Source: Candidatus Omnitrophota bacterium (lineage in GTDB: Bacteria; Omnitrophota; Gorgyraeia; Zapsychrales; Fredricksoniimonadaceae). Taken from it: DNA of 64,000 nucleotides. This document shows, one piece after another, positions 1-8,820 of the stretch. The stretch is from contig JAYTXU010000048.1 in NCBI GenBank assembly GCA_043742785.1, positions 8,951-72,950 of the forward strand. The letters are read 5' to 3'. A model generated the notes under the pieces. The model was given only the letters and a program-made list of their open reading frames with translations. It did not search any database and was not told the DNA's origin. The position numbers and the translations under genes were made by a program. Each line of letters opens with the position of its first letter. The stretch's first letter is position 1.

Positions 1-32
1 ATACACCTAAAAAAGTATCACCATAAAACGTT

Positions 33-3000
33 ATGAAGCATCGATGGATTATCATTAGCCTATCCGTTATCTTTTTCCTAACCGCTTTAACGTTTTGGGC
101 CAATCGTATCTACTTCCCCACTGTTATTCACAAAATTGCTATTGAAGAAGCTCAAAAATTCCTTAAACGTAAGATCGAAATTGAATCCCTGCGTTTTAAC
201 TGGCTTAAAGGTGTTGTCCTTAATAACGTTAAAGTCTACCAGAAGGAATCTTCAACCGAAGTTCTTGTTGAAGCAGAAAAAGTCTCCATAGGATTGATCT
301 TTATTCCTGGATTTAAACAACACACACTCATTCTCCCCTTTATTAATATTCAATCTCCCTCATTGCATTTAATCCATCAAGCCAATGGGCAATGGAATTT
401 CTCTGATTTATTATCGCCTGCTGCAACAGCCAATGAAAAACCTTCTCCCCTATCAATCTCTGTAGGAAGCATCCACCTCCTCAATGGGAAAATACGTTTA
501 GACGATGTTCAGCCTCAAGGTCTATGGACAGAATTCTTCGATCAAATTAATCTCAAAGTAGGACTTTCATATAAGGGGATCAGCTTTGACGGATCTCTTA
601 CTCTTCCCAAGAAAGATGGCATGCTTTCTGTTAACGGCTCTTATCAACCTCTTAATCAATCTTTAAATTCAGCTCTTATTATTAAAAATATCAAACCCTT
701 GGATTACCTTAAGATTATTCCAGTCCAGCTACCCTTTACTTTAACCAGCGGAACAATCAATGACTTAAACGCTCATTTAGACTATTCCAAAGAAAAAATT
801 AATGTTCAAGGAGCTTGGTCTATTAAAAATATTGATATGAACTTAGCTGATCAAAACATCAAAGCTGATATAGATGCCTTAGGCGCTGATATCTCTTTAG
901 AAAAAGGTAAAACCTTAATTAAAGGAGATTTTTCTTTCGCAAAAACTAAAATTACTACTCCTACCTATTCTATAACCGGAAGTTTTAAAAGCAGCATCGA
1001 TCATTTTGTTATGAATTCTCCAGAAGATATTACAATCAAAGCTTCCCTCCAGACTGACAATATAACTGTCCAATTACCCCATAATCAATCCTTCCAAGGA
1101 CAAATTAACGCCCTGATATCCATGGGGCATTTACAAAAAGACTCCGCTTCTTTAGAAGGAAATTTATCTATCAACCAGACTTTTCTTTCTTTAGGCGACA
1201 AACAAAACATTACCGGTCATTTAACCTTAAATAACATCAAACTTATTAAAGATAAAAACATATATTCCACAACCACCGACTTAAGATTCAACAATTTTAA
1301 TTTACAACTACCGGGACAAATGTTCAAAGGCGAACTCAACGCTTCTAATTTAACAATCCATATGGATGCTAAGAATAATATAAAAATTCAAAGCCCACTT
1401 GAACTGACTAATCTAGGAATCACAACCGATAATGCTACTATTAAAGGTGCCTTACTTTTCAAGAGCATCAAAGCTATGTATGATCAAAACAATCAAACAA
1501 TCGATGCGCAAACTCAAGGAACTTTAGATAAATTCACCATGGATTTAGGCAAACAAGGGACTCTTCATACAAATGCACATTTTGATATGCATATTCTACT
1601 CCCTATCAAAAATCCTTCTGGATTAGACTATAAAGGATCTCTGGCTATTGAAGAAGCTCGTTTTGAAGGACTCCCCTTAGGTACTATTAAAGATATTAAT
1701 TTAACTGCTGACTTATCAACCGATACTGCGAACATACAAAACCTATCTTTCAATCTCTTAGATACTCCTATCAAAGCCAAAGGGAGTATCACTAACTTTC
1801 TAAAGCCTCAGTTAAATATGCAAGCTGAATCTAGTCGATTTGATTTAAACAAAATTAAAGACATCGCCCCTGATCTACTTAAAGCCTATGGGTTGACTAT
1901 CGATGGAGAAAGCTCTTTTAATCTGAAATTTGAAGGTCCCTTAAACGATCCTTTAAACGCTAAAATCAATGCTTTAGCAACTCTTAAAGACGTAAATATC
2001 CAAAGCTCAACACTTAAACAAAGCTTCAATAACATCTCCGCAATACTCAAAGCTGATGGAGATTCCATTTCTTGGCATGATTTCACTGCCACAATTATGG
2101 ACAAACCTTTTGTCTCTACTGGTGATTTAACAAATTTTAAGAATCCTAAAATCAACGCTTCACTTTCTTGGCAGGGAATAGAAATTAAGACGAAAATCTA
2201 TAAAGATGATAACCTGATCAACATCCAAGATTTGGACGGACATTACCAATCCGCCACTTTTTCAGCAAATGGAACAGTTGATCTCTCTAGCAAACTTCCC
2301 CAATTAGACCTAAAAAGTATTCTTAAGATTAAATTAGAAGATTTAACAACAATTCTTCCAAACTTAAAAAAAGATTTAGACCCTCTTAAACTATCCGGTT
2401 TAGTAACCGCGAATACCACCCTGACTGGAAGCGCTTCTGATTGGAAGAATTGGACTTTAAAAACAAGTGCTCTAAGTGAATTAATCACTGTTTATGGGTT
2501 TAAATTTAATAATTTCAATGGTGCCATCAATCAAGAAGAAGGAAAAATAAAAAAGTTCAATATTACCAGCAAGTTTTACGATGGAGATTTAAACATCCTC
2601 ACAACAGCCGACATACGTGACACCTCTATTCCTTTTAATACTGCTCTCCATATTGAAAATGTCAATTTAGAAAAACTGATTAAAGATACCGGGGCTAAAG
2701 ACGAGGACTTACGAGGATTTATTGCACTGACAACTGTTGTCAATGGAACCATTAAAGATATCTTAAATATTAAAGGGAATGGATCACTCAACATCTCACA
2801 GGGATATTTAATGAAAAAAGAATTTTCTTCTCTTTTTGTGATTTCTGAATTAAGCAATCTGATTTTTACAGATGCAACGGCAAATTTTGAAATTGCCAAT
2901 CAAGAAGTATCAACCGATAATTTTATGCTCAAGAGTGAAGGTGCTATTTTAAACGGAAAAGGAACGATTGGATTTAACCACAAGATCCAGTTTGAACTTC

Positions 3001-3224
3001 ATCCTGAATTTAACACAGAAGCAATTTCTCAATCAGATTCATTCAAAAAGGGTCCTTCAGCATTAATCGCCTCGGTTGCTGGGAAATACTTAACTATCAA
3101 TATTAGCGGAACCTTGGATAAACCGCAAATTCACACCATCAAACACCCGACGGAATTTATAAAGAAAACAGGGGAGATAATTACAGAAAATGTGGGTCAA
3201 ATCTTACAGGGAATTTTCCAATAA
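33..3224 (+). CDS. AsmA/TamB-like envelope biogenesis protein
   Basis: 1063-aa ORF. A single N-terminal membrane anchor (WIIISLSVIFFLTALTFWA) is followed by a long Asn/Ser/Thr/Lys-rich beta-strand-like region, the architecture of AsmA/DUF748-type proteins. Pattern recognition only. Confidence 0.55.
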   Translation: MKHRWIIISLSVIFFLTALTFWANRIYFPTVIHKIAIEEAQKFLKRKIEIESLRFNWLKGVVLNNVKVYQKESSTEVLVEAEKVSIGLIFIPGFKQHTLILPFINIQSPSLHLIHQANGQWNFSDLLSPAATANEKPSPLSISVGSIHLLNGKIRLDDVQPQGLWTEFFDQINLKVGLSYKGISFDGSLTLPKKDGMLSVNGSYQPLNQSLNSALIIKNIKPLDYLKIIPVQLPFTLTSGTINDLNAHLDYSKEKINVQGAWSIKNIDMNLADQNIKADIDALGADISLEKGKTLIKGDFSFAKTKITTPTYSITGSFKSSIDHFVMNSPEDITIKASLQTDNITVQLPHNQSFQGQINALISMGHLQKDSASLEGNLSINQTFLSLGDKQNITGHLTLNNIKLIKDKNIYSTTTDLRFNNFNLQLPGQMFKGELNASNLTIHMDAKNNIKIQSPLELTNLGITTDNATIKGALLFKSIKAMYDQNNQTIDAQTQGTLDKFTMDLGKQGTLHTNAHFDMHILLPIKNPSGLDYKGSLAIEEARFEGLPLGTIKDINLTADLSTDTANIQNLSFNLLDTPIKAKGSITNFLKPQLNMQAESSRFDLNKIKDIAPDLLKAYGLTIDGESSFNLKFEGPLNDPLNAKINALATLKDVNIQSSTLKQSFNNISAILKADGDSISWHDFTATIMDKPFVSTGDLTNFKNPKINASLSWQGIEIKTKIYKDDNLINIQDLDGHYQSATFSANGTVDLSSKLPQLDLKSILKIKLEDLTTILPNLKKDLDPLKLSGLVTANTTLTGSASDWKNWTLKTSALSELITVYGFKFNNFNGAINQEEGKIKKFNITSKFYDGDLNILTTADIRDTSIPFNTALHIENVNLEKLIKDTGAKDEDLRGFIALTTVVNGTIKDILNIKGNGSLNISQGYLMKKEFSSLFVISELSNLIFTDATANFEIANQEVSTDNFMLKSEGAILNGKGTIGFNHKIQFELHPEFNTEAISQSDSFKKGPSALIASVAGKYLTINISGTLDKPQIHTIKHPTEFIKKTGEIITENVGQILQGIFQ

Positions 3225-3800
3225 ACGACGAAACTTCGCAAGCGCGCGGGCTCGATGGCTGATCTTAGCTTTGATCGAAGCATCTAATTCACCAAAGGTT
3301 TTGTTATAACGAGGAACAATAAAAAGCGGGTCAAAACCAAACCCATTTTTACCCCGATTTTGAGTGGCCACAAAACCACTGCATGTCCCTTCCACTACAC
3401 CTAACTCTTTACCTTTACCATCAACCAAGGCAACCACACATCGATAACGGCATTGACGCTTGGACATAGGAACATTCTTGAGCAATTGAAATAATTTCTG
3501 ATTCTTTTGACTTTCACTTTTTCCCTCGCCAGCAAAACGAGCGGAATAGATACCTGGTGCATTGCCTAATGCCTTAACTTCAATACCAGAATCATCAGAA
3601 ATAGTCATCTTGCCCGTGAGCTTGGCAATGGTGATTGCTTTCTTAAGAGCGTTGGCTTTGTAAGTCTTTCCATCTTCTACAACATCTGGAAGATTGGGAT
3701 ACTCTAAAATGGAGGTAACTTTGTAAGGAAGATCTGCTAAAAGTTCTTTGATTTCAGAAACCTTGCCCTTGTTGCGCGAAGCTACGATTAATTCTTTCAT
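3204..3800 (-). CDS. rdgB: dITP/XTP pyrophosphatase (RdgB/HAM1 family)
   Basis: 198 aa with SRNKGKVSEIKELL near the N-terminus and FGFDPLF and ISHRARAL motifs. The 3' end overlaps the convergent asmA-like gene by 21 nt. Confidence 0.9.
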   Translation of the reverse strand: MKELIVASRNKGKVSEIKELLADLPYKVTSILEYPNLPDVVEDGKTYKANALKKAITIAKLTGKMTISDDSGIEVKALGNAPGIYSARFAGEGKSESQKNQKLFQLLKNVPMSKRQCRYRCVVALVDGKGKELGVVEGTCSGFVATQNRGKNGFGFDPLFIVPRYNKTFGELDASIKAKISHRARALAKFRRLLENSL

Positions 3801-3903
3801 AAATGAGCACCTGACTTACGGAGCAACAGCGACGTCAAGTCAGCCAGTGCGAATTTATACCGTTTTGGCTGCGACCTAGCAGACAAAATCGGTATTCCAT
3901 AAA

Positions 3904-4620
3904 TTAAAGATCAATACCAACTAAACTCTTCTTCTGAATAGCCAACAATTCTTTAATACCTTTTTTAGCTAATTTAAGTAAGGACGCCATCTGCATTTCC
4001 GAGAACGTCCCACCTTCACCTGTTCCCTGTACTTCCACAAATTGTCCACGACCTACCATCACAATATTCATATCTACATCCGCTTTAGAATCTTCCGCAT
4101 AATTCAAATCAAGTACAGGCGTCCCTTGAAAAATACCAACACTTATGGCGGCTACATAATCTTTAATTAGTAATTTTTGAATCATCCCCTTCTTCTTCAT
4201 CCAAGTAAGTGCCAACGCTAAAGCAATAAACCCTCCAGTAATCGAAGCGGTGCGAGTGCCTCCATCTCCCTCTAACACGTCGCAATCAATGCGAATTGTA
4301 CGCTCACCTAAAAGCGTCATATCTACAATCGATCTGAGTGAACGACCGATCAAACGCTGAATCTCTTCACTGCGTCCTGAAGTCTTTTCACGTCTAATAC
4401 GGCTTCCACAAGAACGCGGCAGCATCCCATACTCTGCCGTTACCCAACCTTTACCGCTTCCTTTTAAAAATGGAGGAACACCCTCTTCAACAGAAGCAGA
4501 ACAAATCACCTTAGTACTCCCAAATTCAATAAGGCAGGAACCCTCAGCATTTCTCATATAATTGTTGGTAACTTTAATCTTACGCATTTGATCTGGCTTA
4601 CGGCCGTCTAGTCTTTTCAT
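3904..4620 (-). CDS. rph: ribonuclease PH
   Basis: 238 aa with [32 protein letters not shown] and [11 protein letters not shown] motifs. Confidence 0.95.
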   Translation of the reverse strand: MKRLDGRKPDQMRKIKVTNNYMRNAEGSCLIEFGSTKVICSASVEEGVPPFLKGSGKGWVTAEYGMLPRSCGSRIRREKTSGRSEEIQRLIGRSLRSIVDMTLLGERTIRIDCDVLEGDGGTRTASITGGFIALALALTWMKKKGMIQKLLIKDYVAAISVGIFQGTPVLDLNYAEDSKADVDMNIVMVGRGQFVEVQGTGEGGTFSEMQMASLLKLAKKGIKELLAIQKKSLVGIDL

Positions 4621-4621
4621 T

Positions 4622-5026
4622 TTATCTTTTACCTTTCAAGAAATATTCAGCGGTCACCGTCGTTGCAATACCTCCACGAGGATTCATCACTACTTCAACT
4701 CTCATCCAGCGAGGTTTGCAGGTTCTCACACAATCATCTAATAATTTATTAACTAAATGCTCATGAAATATACCGACATTACGGTACTCAACTAAATGTA
4801 ACTTTAACGACTTTAATTCCAAACAAACCTTGGCAGGTTTATAACTAATCTTAATAACCGCAAAATCCGGCAAGGCGGTCTTTGGACAAATGCAGGTAAA
4901 TTCAGGAATCATTAAATCGACGATGTAATCTCTATCAGAATATTGATTCTCAAAAGCTTCAATCTCCGGCATCTTAAGTGAACGGATGTTTTTCTGACGA
5001 CCTTCGTAGGAATTGACTTTCTTCAT
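4622..5026 (-). CDS. queF: NADPH-dependent 7-cyano-7-deazaguanine reductase (unimodular QueF)
   Basis: 134 aa with the catalytic Cys segment [14 protein letters not shown] and the QueF motif ELKSLKLHL. It is the last gene of the queDCEF cluster. Confidence 0.9.
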   Translation of the reverse strand: MKKVNSYEGRQKNIRSLKMPEIEAFENQYSDRDYIVDLMIPEFTCICPKTALPDFAVIKISYKPAKVCLELKSLKLHLVEYRNVGIFHEHLVNKLLDDCVRTCKPRWMRVEVVMNPRGGIATTVTAEYFLKGKR

Positions 5027-5043
5027 TTTTTCCTTTTCTTAAA

Positions 5044-5125
5044 GTCATCCCCCGAATGTTTTAACCTGCCGGCAGGCAGGTCGGGGATCCAGATTCTGGA
5101 TTCCCGCTTTCGCGGGAATGACAAT
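5044..5125. repeat. GC-rich MITE/REP-like element, copy 1 (82 bp), intergenic between queE and queF
   Basis: Near-identical to 7694..7778 in the same orientation. It contains the palindrome CCTGCCGGCAGG and the hairpin ATTCCCGC-TTTC-GCGGGAAT. The ends are imperfect inverted repeats (GTCATCCCCCG / CGCGGGAATGAC). Confidence 0.8.
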
Positions 5126-5130
5126 ATAAA

Positions 5131-5823
5131 TCACCGTAGTTTCATAAATTTGTGAACTTGGGGGAGTATTCTAACGTCTTTGAGAATTTTTGCACATGAT
5201 TTCTGATACCCGACGCACTGTTCAACTATCCCTTTTTTTAAATCTAGATAATTAGGCTGAACAATAAACAAAATCTTAGGATCCACCGATGCCACAAGTT
5301 TTGCAGCTTTTAAAACCTCATCCGCATGCGTCTCTAGCGACACCACCACCTTAATAAACACTTCTTTACTCTTGGCTATCTGCAGAAATTCTTTATGCTC
5401 CTGCCAGTAATTCTTTTGCTTAGTTGACGATGGCAATTTCATATCCATGGCAATAATATCCACATCTTTAATAATGCTTTTTAAAGCAGCGGGCAAGGTG
5501 CCATTGGTATCTAAATAAATTTTCTTTCTTGATATTTTGAGAGCACGACAGAATCCTTTTAAAAAATCCACTTGTATCAAAGGTTCTCCTCCAGTAATGC
5601 TAACTGAATGAACCCCTTCATAAAGCTCCTCAACTTGACTGAGTAAACTTTCTTTTCCTATTTCTTTATACTCACGTTTACCATCCCCGATAGAAGCCGG
5701 AGTATCACACCAAACGCAATGCATATTACACTCAAAGAAACGCACAAAGACTTGGGGGACACCGGCATATTTCCCCTCGCCTTGAATAGATCGAAATATT
5801 TCTAGAATTTTAGCATTCATCAT
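5131..5823 (-). CDS. queE: 7-carboxy-7-deazaguanine synthase (radical SAM)
   Basis: EIFRSIQGEGKYAGVPQVFVRF plus the CNMHCVWCDT cluster motif. The start is moved to the MMNAKILE Met because the upstream 19 codons of the track ORF are translated from a GC-rich palindromic element. Confidence 0.9.
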   Translation of the reverse strand: MMNAKILEIFRSIQGEGKYAGVPQVFVRFFECNMHCVWCDTPASIGDGKREYKEIGKESLLSQVEELYEGVHSVSITGGEPLIQVDFLKGFCRALKISRKKIYLDTNGTLPAALKSIIKDVDIIAMDMKLPSSTKQKNYWQEHKEFLQIAKSKEVFIKVVVSLETHADEVLKAAKLVASVDPKILFIVQPNYLDLKKGIVEQCVGYQKSCAKILKDVRILPQVHKFMKLR

Positions 5824-5835
5824 AATATTCAACCA

Positions 5836-5884
5836 TACGGGCGACCCTCTGTGGCCGCCCTGAGCAGGCACAGGGAACATGCCC
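5836..5884. repeat. GC-rich palindromic element between queC and queE (single copy in this window)
   Basis: It is markedly more GC-rich than its AT-rich flanks. It contains the hairpin GGGCGACC-CTCTGT-GGCCGCCC, and its minus-strand start GTAGGGGCA resembles the element inside leuS. Confidence 0.55.
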
Positions 5885-6544
5885 CTACATTATTAAATCC
5901 TTAACATCTGCTTCTTCAAATCCTTTAGCACGAAACCGGCAGGAATCGCAAACACCACAGGGTTTATTTCCGCCGCTGTAACACGACCATGTCAATTCAA
6001 AAGGAACCTTTAAACTAACCGCTAACTTTACAATCTGCGCCTTAGTCATCCGAATAAGCGGCGTCTGCAAGCGTAAAGCTTTTTTCTCAACACCCGTCTT
6101 TAGACCTTTTGCCAACATAACCTGATAGCTTTTAATAAAATCTGGACGACAATCGGGATAACCAGAATAATCAATAGCGTTGGCACCAATAAATACATCT
6201 CTGGCGCCAATGGCTTCTGCATAAGATGCGGCAAAACTTAGAAAGATAATATTACGTGCAGGCACATAGGTGGCAGGAATTCCCCGTCGAGTCAACGATT
6301 TATTCTTAGGTAAAGAGATATTATCATCTAAAAGCGCCGAACCCTTCCAAGGCAAAGTAATCTTGACCAAAGAATAAGAACATCTTACTTTCTTAGACAA
6401 ACTGACTGCTGATTTTATTTCCCGTAGATGTCGCTGACCATAATCAAAAATAAGACAAGAACACTGATACCCTTTTGCTTTAGCAAAATACAAGGTAGTT
6501 GCAGAATCTAATCCTCCGGATAATAAAACAACGGCTTTATTCAT
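5885..6544 (-). CDS. queC: 7-cyano-7-deazaguanine synthase
   Basis: 219 aa with the PP-loop VVLLSGGLDSATT and the C-terminal Zn-Cys cluster CYSGGNKPCGVCDSCRFR. Confidence 0.95.
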   Translation of the reverse strand: MNKAVVLLSGGLDSATTLYFAKAKGYQCSCLIFDYGQRHLREIKSAVSLSKKVRCSYSLVKITLPWKGSALLDDNISLPKNKSLTRRGIPATYVPARNIIFLSFAASYAEAIGARDVFIGANAIDYSGYPDCRPDFIKSYQVMLAKGLKTGVEKKALRLQTPLIRMTKAQIVKLAVSLKVPFELTWSCYSGGNKPCGVCDSCRFRAKGFEEADVKDLIM

Positions 6545-6899
6545 AATAAATGATACTGGCAGTATCAGATTCCCACACCTGTACGTGCTTCAATTTCAAA
6601 GGAGCTGAAACCTTATTGAGTTCACAATAGATATGGCGAGCCAAATTCTCCGTCGAAGGATTGGTATCTTTAAACGCAGGCAAATCATTCAAGCAGACAT
6701 GATCAATAGGCATTAAAATATCCTTAAGTTTCTTTTTAACAATCTTAAAGTCAGTCAATAAACCCACTTCATCAAGCTTATCTCCTATCATCACAACTTC
6801 AATATTCCAAGTGTGTCCATGGAGATGCTTACATGGGCCATCATAACCATGCAATTGATGAGCAGAAGCAATATGGTCTCTTACAATAATTTCAAACAT
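6537..6899 (-). CDS. queD: 6-carboxy-5,6,7,8-tetrahydropterin synthase
   Basis: 120 aa with CKHLHGHTWNIEV (Cys-His-His catalytic/zinc motif). It overlaps queC by 8 nt. Confidence 0.9.
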   Translation of the reverse strand: MFEIIVRDHIASAHQLHGYDGPCKHLHGHTWNIEVVMIGDKLDEVGLLTDFKIVKKKLKDILMPIDHVCLNDLPAFKDTNPSTENLARHIYCELNKVSAPLKLKHVQVWESDTASIIYYE

Positions 6900-6901
6900 A
6901 C

Positions 6902-7798
6902 TTAAAAACCCACTCTTTTAACATTTATAACATTGGCCCCTAAAAACCGCACCGCGCGATATTTAAATATCTCCGGCTCATCGCTAACTAAATATAAATG
7001 ATGTGGTGCTTGTTTTTGTTGACGAAGCAACCCTTGTGAAGCCAAGATTTCTTTAACTTCCATAGCTACTTCAAAAGCTGAATCAATAAGAGTAACCTTC
7101 TTACCCATCACCCTAGCGATAGTATTCTTTAAAAGAGGATAATGGGTGCATCCTAGAATTAGAGTATCCACTCCTTCTTTTTTAAAATCACTTAAATACT
7201 CTTTAGCTACGCGATAGGTGATGTCATGATCAAACCATCCCTCTTCGACCAATGGCACAAACAACGGACAAGGCTGGCTTAACACCGATACCTTAGGTTC
7301 AAAACTTTGTAGCCGCTTAGCGTACTTACCGCTTTTAACAGTTGACTGAGTGGCAATAATACCAACTTTTTTTGACTTTGTCGATAGTGCTGCTTTACGA
7401 GCTCCAGGATCGATCACTCCTAAAATTGAAACAGGACATTCCTTTTGTAATACATCCAAAGCTAAACTTGAAGCCGTATTACAAGCCACAACGATCATCT
7501 TGACCTTTTTCTTAAGAAGAATATCAACAATCTCACGAGAATAACGAATAATTGTTTCCCTTGATTTAGTACCATAGGGAACACGTGCAGTATCTCCAAA
7601 ATAGACAATATTTTCCTTAGGTAAGACTTTAAAAAGCTCTTTGACAACGGTTAAACCACCTAAACCAGAATCAAAAACACCAATAGGCCTGCTGTCACCC
7701 TCGAATGTTTTAACCTGCCTGCCGGCAGGCAGGTCGGAGGGTCCATTTTTAGATTCCCGCTTTCGCGGGAATGACAATTTTTTAGGATGTTGAGGCAT
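6902..7798 (-). CDS. murI: glutamate racemase
   Basis: VFDSGLGGLTV, ACNTAS and GCTHYP motifs. The first ~35 codons are translated from repeat copy 2, so the true start is uncertain. Confidence 0.88.
   Translation of the reverse strand: MPQHPKKLSFPRKRESKNGPSDLPAGRQVKTFEGDSRPIGVFDSGLGGLTVVKELFKVLPKENIVYFGDTARVPYGTKSRETIIRYSREIVDILLKKKVKMIVVACNTASSLALDVLQKECPVSILGVIDPGARKAALSTKSKKVGIIATQSTVKSGKYAKRLQSFEPKVSVLSQPCPLFVPLVEEGWFDHDITYRVAKEYLSDFKKEGVDTLILGCTHYPLLKNTIARVMGKKVTLIDSAFEVAMEVKEILASQGLLRQQKQAPHHLYLVSDEPEIFKYRAVRFLGANVINVKRVGF
7694..7778. repeat. GC-rich MITE/REP-like element, copy 2 (85 bp), inside the 5' end of the murI ORF
   Basis: Same family and orientation as 5044..5125. It carries a perfect 22-bp palindrome ACCTGCCTGCCGGCAGGCAGGT and the hairpin ATTCCCGC-TTTC-GCGGGAAT. 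Confidence 0.8.
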
Positions 7799-8819
7799 AG
7801 GCTAAAATACTGCGGACAATGGATTCTGCCAATTTCTGACGATAACTTTCAGAATCTAATCTCTTTTCTTCCTGTTTATTAGTTAAATAACCTGTTTCAA
7901 TGAGAACAGCCGGTATCAAAGTATTACGTACTACAAAATATCTGGCATGACGCGCCCCTCGATTAGGAGCATGCACGGCCAAAGAAACATCATGAACCAG
8001 ACGCATCGCTACCTTAGAAGATTCTGATATTTTAAGTTGATACATCATATCCGATACAATGGGACCAACAACACTCAATGAGCTGGCATTCAGATTCCTT
8101 GCAAATATTTTCTCATTTCTTTGTCTTTGTTCTTCATCCAAATCATGCTTCCCACGAGTTTGAACATAATAAACTTCAATACCTTCCGTTCTACGGTCAG
8201 GCATAGAATTTGCATGAATACTCACAAACAAATCTGCATTAGCTTTAGTTGCAATCTCTGTGCGGCCTGGCAAGGTAATAAACTCGTCGCTATCCCTTGT
8301 CATAACAACTTTTAATCCTGCTTCAGATAAAAGCGTTTTTATTCGCTTAGAAATATCAAAAACAATATCTTTTTCTTTAACCCCTGAGTACCCCTTAGCG
8401 CCTGGATCCTTACCTCCATGACCAGGATCGATCACAATAGTATGCACCTTTAAATTTGAAAGATCTCCTTGAAACCCCCATTTAAACTGCGGGGTTCCAA
8501 TAGTTCCAATCACCTTTAATTCAAAATCATCTGGAACATAAATAGAGCTGCTGACTCGTCGTAGAGGAGCCTCTAGAATAATCTTCTCCTGTCCAATCAA
8601 AACAACAGGGCTTCCTATTAATGCTTTGGCTTTATGATTCTTATATTCAAGAAGAACAACCTGAGTCACACTATCCAATTGCCATTGAATATTATACTTT
8701 TTACAGATATCCTGAAGAGAAACACCAGAAATAATGGTCCCTGGAGGAGTTAACGTATGACAACCGCATATCAACGATACTGCAAAAACCCCTATAAAAA
8801 ATCTAGAAATTATTTTCAT
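7782..8819 (-). CDS. N-acetylmuramoyl-L-alanine amidase (Amidase_3 type), lipoprotein
   Basis: Signal peptide with Cys (VSLICGC). The catalytic domain has VIDPGHGGKDPGA, SIHAN and IETGYLTN motifs. Confidence 0.85.
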   Translation of the reverse strand: MKIISRFFIGVFAVSLICGCHTLTPPGTIISGVSLQDICKKYNIQWQLDSVTQVVLLEYKNHKAKALIGSPVVLIGQEKIILEAPLRRVSSSIYVPDDFELKVIGTIGTPQFKWGFQGDLSNLKVHTIVIDPGHGGKDPGAKGYSGVKEKDIVFDISKRIKTLLSEAGLKVVMTRDSDEFITLPGRTEIATKANADLFVSIHANSMPDRRTEGIEVYYVQTRGKHDLDEEQRQRNEKIFARNLNASSLSVVGPIVSDMMYQLKISESSKVAMRLVHDVSLAVHAPNRGARHARYFVVRNTLIPAVLIETGYLTNKQEEKRLDSESYRQKLAESIVRSILAYASTS

Positions 8820-8820
8820 A

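Noticed and set aside
1886-2899. Three minus-strand ORFs (81-107 aa) inside the asmA-like gene, and similar nested ORFs throughout the track (for example 7350-7544, 8121-8315, 15505-15744, 25297-25515, 28412-28810, 44620-45056, 62786-63076).
   Set aside because: All are nested in or antisense to longer ORFs with clear family motifs. They have no independent evidence and are treated as six-frame noise.
3801-3903. Possible SRP RNA or other small structured RNA gene between rph and rdgB (contains GTCAGG-like sequence).
   Set aside because: The conserved SRP domain IV motifs (GGAA tetraloop context, AGCA/GNAR symmetric loop) are not present. The length and pairing fit simple hairpins better.
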